Below, piece by piece: positions 58,760 to 64,000 of a stretch of DNA of 64,000 nucleotides. Numbering within the stretch: position 1 is the first letter of the stretch; the number at the start of each line of letters is the position of its first letter. This DNA is from Octopus vulgaris. Lineage: Eukaryota. The notes beneath the pieces are model-generated. The model was given only the letters and a program-made list of their open reading frames with translations, did no database searches and had not been told where the DNA came from. The DNA lies in assembly GCA_951406725.2 (NCBI GenBank), contig OX597824.1, positions 73,780,001 to 73,844,000 of the forward strand. Reading direction: 5' to 3'. The translations under genes were made by a program, and so were the position numbers.

Positions 58760-59670
58760 AGCTTCTTTCAGTTTCCGTCAACCAAATCCACTCACAAGGT
58801 TTTGGTCGGCCCGAGTCTATAGTAGAAGACACTTGCCCAAGGTGCCACGCAGTGGGACTGAACCCGGAAACATGTGGTTGGTAAGCAAGCTTCCTACCAC
58901 ACAGCCACTCCTGCACCTTGTTGAATTTGGTTTCAGCTGTGTCTTTAACTCACCACCAAAAGCTCGTATCTGACTCAACATTGTACAAATGCTAGTCTTC
59001 GATTATCATAGATAACTGTTCATCCAAATATTACAAAACTAACAGAAGAGCATCAACCACAACAAGGCTCGCATTGAATAAAACAGCACTAAGGCAGCAT
59101 TTTAAATAAATCCGTCCTCATATATCTATGATATATTTTACATATTTCACTGGTGAACATCCATTTTCCATAGAATTTAATTAGTTGCTAGGGTTTATGT
59201 GCTATAAGATGGTGTTGTAACTGTTATACGTTTAAATACACAAAATATTTTAACAACTTTTCTATACAAGTCCTAATTATATTTAATTATAAAATATATG
59301 ATTTTTAAAACCACGAATGGCTATGAGGGTCCATCCGAATAAAATAGGAATCAAAGGAGTTCATAGATAAAAAAAAAAGAAGAAAAAAAAGGTTGAGAAC
59401 CACTGGACTAAAAGGGGTTCTCAACCGGGGTCCGTATGACCTTTGGAAGTCCATGTAAGAGTTTGTTGTTAAAATTTATGCGCGATAAATTGGATGTATT
59501 TCTGTTATGTACTAAATATTTTGACATTTTAATACAATTTCTAATAATATATAATTATAAAAATACAACAGGATTGTTTAAACAATGAACGGCTATGGGG
59601 GCCGGGTCTAGTAGAGTTAAGACGGGAATCAAAGGGAGTCTGTGGGCAAAAATTTGTTGGGGACCTCTGG
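57287..59670. mobile_element. Two old hAT-like MITEs (about 57287-59405, split by SINEs at 57529-57850, 57903-58333 and 58540-58916; and about 59412-59669)
   Basis: Ends resemble CAGTGGTTCTCAACC; internal GGGTCCATATGAC motifs recur at 61219-61330. Confidence 0.5.
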
Positions 59671-59770
59671 AATGGAGAAAGAAAGGAAGAAATTCTTAAA
59701 AGCAAGGAATAAGAGAAGGAGGAGAGGGGAGAAGTCAACGGAGAAATTCAAGAGCTGTGAGTTCGCTTAC

Positions 59771-60271
59771 CAGCAAAGGTGGTAGATTGTTGGGCCGGAG
59801 ATCTTCGAGGTTTTTGTTGGATTCAGTAACGACCGGAAGTATGGTCTCAATGGAAAGTGTCCAAATGGCATAACAGACGACCAGTAGGAAAACCGATAAA
59901 CTAACGACGGCCAGAGCGTATGTAAAGTTCCTGGAGCTGCCTCCACCGCCGCCGCCGCCGCTGCGTCTGTTGGTATTGGAGCTGGTAGTAGTGGCTGTGG
60001 CGGTGGTGGCGGTTGTGGTGGTGGTGGCGGTGGCAGTGGTGATGGCGGCCTTGTAGTCTGTGTGAGAGTGCGGGCCATATCTCTTGGCCACGCTTTCGTT
60101 CTTGTGGCAGGCACTGCTGATCATTGGAGCGACTGTCGCCGGCGGCTTGCCGACCGATACTGGCGTCTTGTCAACACCAGCGGCAGAGCTACTACAGGCG
60201 TCGGTCGACTTTAGAAACATTCTTCTTTCGTTCGATAGCAGGCACCGAGCGAAAATTCCAACCACCAGCAT
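59771..60271 (-). CDS. Putative first coding exon A: Thr/Gly-rich tail plus single TM signal-anchor
   Basis: GC-rich open frame with in-frame ATGs at 60271, 60220, 60124. Hydrophobic stretch FTYALAVVSLSVFLLVVCYAIWTLSI preceded by Arg residues. Donor CTG|gtaagc (phase 0) at 59770. True start uncertain. Confidence 0.78.
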
Positions 60272-60483
60272 CCATCTGCCGCCACCACCACCACCACCAC
60301 ATCTACCACCATCTTCATCTTTACTATCCTTTCTCCTCACACAAATAGACTCTAGCTGCTTGCTGTTGTTGTTGTTGTTTGTGGTTTTGTTGTTTGTGTT
60401 GTGTATAAGACAGAATGTGTGTTTGCTTATGTGGGTGAGTGAATGAATATATATATATATTTGTGTGTATGTGTGTATGACTG

Positions 60484-60545
<62 letters not shown>

Positions 60546-60781
60546 ATGGCGTTATCTTTTCTTTTCTTCCCCGACAATTCCTCAGACCATCTAAATGTCT
60601 CTTCTTTTATCAACTCCTCCCAATGCCTCAACTCTACTTCATCCCTCCCTCCCTCACCCCACCTCTACCATCTTTCTCACTCTCTGTCTCTCTCGTTCTT
60701 TCTTCCTTCTCGTTACCACGCCTTCTGTCTCTCCACATCACCTCTCTTTCTCCCCTCTGTCTGTTTACCTCTCTGTCTATC

Positions 60782-60812
<31 letters not shown>

Positions 60813-61389
60813 ATGTATCTCTCTACATGTATCTTCCTTTCTCTCTTTCCCTTGCCATCAGTGATATTCTTACTATTAACTTTACACACTTTCTCATTAT
60901 TTCTGTCTCTCTCTGTCACTCGCATACGCAATACAAAAACAGGATTTCCTTCTCTTCTGGTTTACATACCCTCACATATTCCCTCTCACACATCCTCTCT
61001 TTTACACACACACAAACACACACACACACACATTTACACTTTTCTATCCCCACATTATTGCCACCTGTTTTCTCTCCTAATCTCTCTCTCTCCCTCTTTC
61101 TCTGTTTCTCTCTCTCTCTCTCTCTCTCTCTAACTCACGAAGTTTTCACACTCTAACCATTCTCTCTCTCCCTCCCTCCCTCTTGCTCTCTCATTTGCTT
61201 CTACCTAAAATCTCAACTAGGGTCCATATGACCCTTGGGAGTCCATATGGCCCTCGGGAGTCCATATGGCCCTTGGGAGTCCATATGGCCCTTGGGAGTC
61301 CATATGGCCCTTGGGGTGCATATAAGATTTTATTGTTAAACTTTATATGCAATAAATTGGTTATACTGCTACAATGTGTATATAGTGAA

Positions 61390-61720
61390 GGCGCATGGCT
61401 CAGTGGTTTGAGCGTCGAGCTTACGATCGTGAGGTTGTGAGCTCGAATCCCGGACCGGGCTGCGTGTTGTGTTCTTGAGCAAGACACTTTATTTCACGTT
61501 GCTCCAGTTCACTCCGCTGTAGAAATGAGTTGCGACGTCACGGGTGCCAAGCTGTATCGACCTTAGCCTTTCCCTTGGATAACACTGGTGGCGTGGAGAG
61601 GGGAGGCCGGTATGCATGGGCGACTGCTGGTCTTCCGTAAACCACCTTGCCCGGACTTGTAACTAGGAGGGTAACTTTCTAGGTGCCATCCCATGGTCAG
61701 TGTCGTGACCGAAGGGGGTC
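61390..61720 (+). mobile_element. tRNA-headed SINE with CORE-like segment
   Basis: GGCGCATGGCTCAGTGG..CTCGAATCCC head followed by TGTGTTCTTGAGCAAGACACTT. Confidence 0.7.
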
Positions 61721-61856
61721 CCCCGACTGCTATAATGCACCAAATGTTTTAATAATTATTTTTATACAACTAATAATATTTAATTATAAAACACAGATTT
61801 TTTTCTTTTGTAAACACTTTTTGTATACAGAAGCGTGGCTGTGTGGTAAGAAGCTT

Positions 61857-62152
61857 GGATCTTTTCCTTTTGATGGACGGAATTTTCTAGTTAACTAAAC
61901 AATTTGAAACTTCGTATACTGGTAGAATACTCTTTTACTCTTTTACTCTTTTACTTGTTTCAGTCATTTGACTGCGGCCATGCTGGAGCACCGCCTTTAG
62001 TCGAACAAATCGACCCCGGGACTTATTCTTTGTAAGCCCAGTACTTATTCTATCGGTCTCTTTTGCCGAACCGCTAGGTGACGGGGACGTAAACACACCA
62101 GCATCGGTTGTCAAGCAATGCTAGGGAGACCATCACAGACACACAAACACAT

Positions 62153-62195
<43 letters not shown>

Positions 62196-62512
62196 CGACA
62201 GGCTTCTTTCAGTTTCCGTCTACCAAATCCACTCACAAGGCATTGGTCGGCCCGGGGCTATAGCAGAAGACACTTGCCCAAGATGCCACGCAGTGGGACT
62301 GAACCCAGAACCATGTGGTTGGTTAGTAAGCTACTTACCACACAGCCACTCCTGCGCCATATGTGTCAAAAGAAAACAATATTGTAAACAAAATTGAAAA
62401 CAAAATAGTAATTGGTAAGTTTAATGTTTTCTTTTGACACATTCTACCAGTATACGAAGTTTCAAATTGTTTAGTTAACTAGAAAATTCCGTCCATCAAA
62501 AGGAAAAGATCC
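61857..62512. mobile_element. MITE with about 87-bp TIRs and 8-bp TSD, containing SINE A (61929-62358) and inserted in an older SINE A head
   Basis: GGATCTTTTCC...GGAAAAGATCC termini, TSD AGAAGCTT at 61849-56 and 62513-20. Confidence 0.85.
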
Positions 62513-62749
62513 AGAAGCTTGCTTCCTAACCACATAGTTCGAATCCTCGGCGCCACTGATATGTCCCATGATGACGACGTATTTCGGACCGGTTGATTGT
62601 GTCAGTCCACTATTTATTAGTAGTGGACCAGCCCACTTTTCGCCGGGAGGCGTCCACCACAACAGTATGTATGTGCGTGCAGATTTGTATGTTTTATATA
62701 TGTATTCCCCTGCATATAGTTGCATATCTAGACATGCTCACATATATTT

Positions 62750-63004
62750 AAATGATAAACTTCTGGAAAGTTTTACAGATTTTCATAGTTCCAGTGATGG
62801 ATTGAATCTGTAGTCTTCGAATTAGCTTTCTCCTTTCTGGTTATGAGAAGCCTAATTCCTCAAGATTGGTATTTAGGCAGTCTCTAACATATCTCATGGC
62901 CCCAATAATTACAGATTTAAACCTGAACTTGTAATCTGGATAGAGTAACTGCAGATTTCTCAATAGTTCAGCATAAGTGTTCTCTTTTTCACTGATCTTC
63001 AGCT
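62750..63004 (-). mobile_element. 3' end of a restriction-endonuclease-type non-LTR retrotransposon; related fragments at about 41450-41700 (+) and 63183-63300 (-)
   Basis: EKENTYAELLRNLQLLYPDYKF..VIIGAM..LIRRLQIQSITGTMKICKTF. Confidence 0.7.
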
Positions 63005-63705
63005 ATATGAATGAATGAATGAATGAATGAATGAATGAATGTATGTATGTATGTATGTATGTATGTATGTATGTATGTATGTATGTATGTATGTTTTTCT
63101 CTTTAGTTTAGAGCAAATTTTGACTGGTCACCTACATGGTAGCATGTAGTGAAAGAAAGCATCTTGTTTTAACCATGACTCTTTAAATGTTAAGGTCTTG
63201 CAGATTTTTATAGTCCCAGATATCATGATCACTTGCTGACTATGAATTAAGGGTTTGCGTTCTCTCCCCAAGATCCTAAGACTAGCCATTCTTTGCTCCA
63301 GACGTATGTATCTAATAATCTTTTCTACTATGGGCACAAGTCCTGAAATTTGTGGGGAGGCGGATAGCCGATTACTTCGATCCCAGTGTTTCACTGGTGC
63401 TTAATTTATCGACTCCGAAAGGATGAAAGGCAAAATCGACCTCAGCGGAATTTGAACTCAGAACGTAAAGACCGACGAAATGCTGCCAAGCATTTCCCCG
63501 GTGTGCTAACGATTCTGCCAGCTCGTCGTCTTTCACGTATGTATCTAATAATAATACGTGTGAAGCTGAAAGTATATCCTGGGTACTGGATTTACAAACT
63601 TCTTATCAATGGTCAATGCATGCATTTTTGCATGTATGAGTGAATGATTGCCTGTATTTACGCATGTATGTTTGTATGCATGAATATATGTATGCATGCA
63701 AATAT

Positions 63706-63898
63706 AGGTGCAGGAGTGGCTGTGTGGGTAGGTGCAGGAGTGGCTGTGTGGTAAGTAGCTTGCTTACCAACCACATCGTTCCGGGTTCAGTCCCACTGCA
63801 TGGCACCTTGGGCAAGTGTCTTCTATTATAGCCTCGGGCCGACCAAAGTCTTGTGAGTGGATTTGGTAGACGGAAACTGAAAGAAGCCCGTCGTATAT

Positions 63899-63957
<59 letters not shown>

Positions 63958-64000
63958 CGTGTGTGTGTTTGTCCCCCTAGCATTGCTTGACAACCGATGC
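63706..64000 (+). mobile_element. SINE family A with duplicated head, truncated by window end
   Basis: AGGTGCAGGAGTGGCTGTGTGG twice, then family A body. Confidence 0.88.

Noticed and set aside
60272-60631. N-terminal part of the 298-aa ORF
   Set aside because: It crosses (CA)/(TA) microsatellites from a non-ATG start; more likely 5' UTR or promoter.
61219-61320. 20-bp tandem repeat GTCCATATGGCCCTTGGGA, and the 46620-46960 repeats, as CRISPR-like arrays
   Set aside because: No unique spacers, no cas genes, eukaryotic context.

Overview
Repeat-dense animal genomic DNA. The tRNA-derived SINEs and heavy (TA)/(CA)/(TATG)/(GAT) microsatellite load suggest an octopus (inference). Nearly all listed ORFs are microsatellite artefacts. 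Three minus-strand segments look genuinely coding: exon A (59771-60220/60271, low-complexity tail plus one transmembrane signal-anchor), exon B (22272-23499, about 409 aa hydrophilic, polybasic, N-glycosylation sequons) and an uninterrupted class A GPCR 7TM region (<1-964) absent from the ORF track because its stop lies outside the window. Their GT-AG splice phases match (0-0, then 1-1). This predicts one gene of about 60 kb encoding an 8-TM GPCR of at least 880 aa with about 560 aa of N-terminal extension; it needs transcript confirmation. The second main signal is a set of minimal type I hammerhead-ribozyme motifs with palindromic stem III in non-coding Penelope-like/retrozyme-like repeats, several forming fold-back inverted repeats inside (TA)n tracts. 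The rest is nested TEs: SINEs (one with a 79-bp TSD), Helitrons, mariner relics, a solo LTR, hAT/Buster and Merlin-like elements, and R4/Dong and RTE LINE fragments. All alignments and folds were done by eye.
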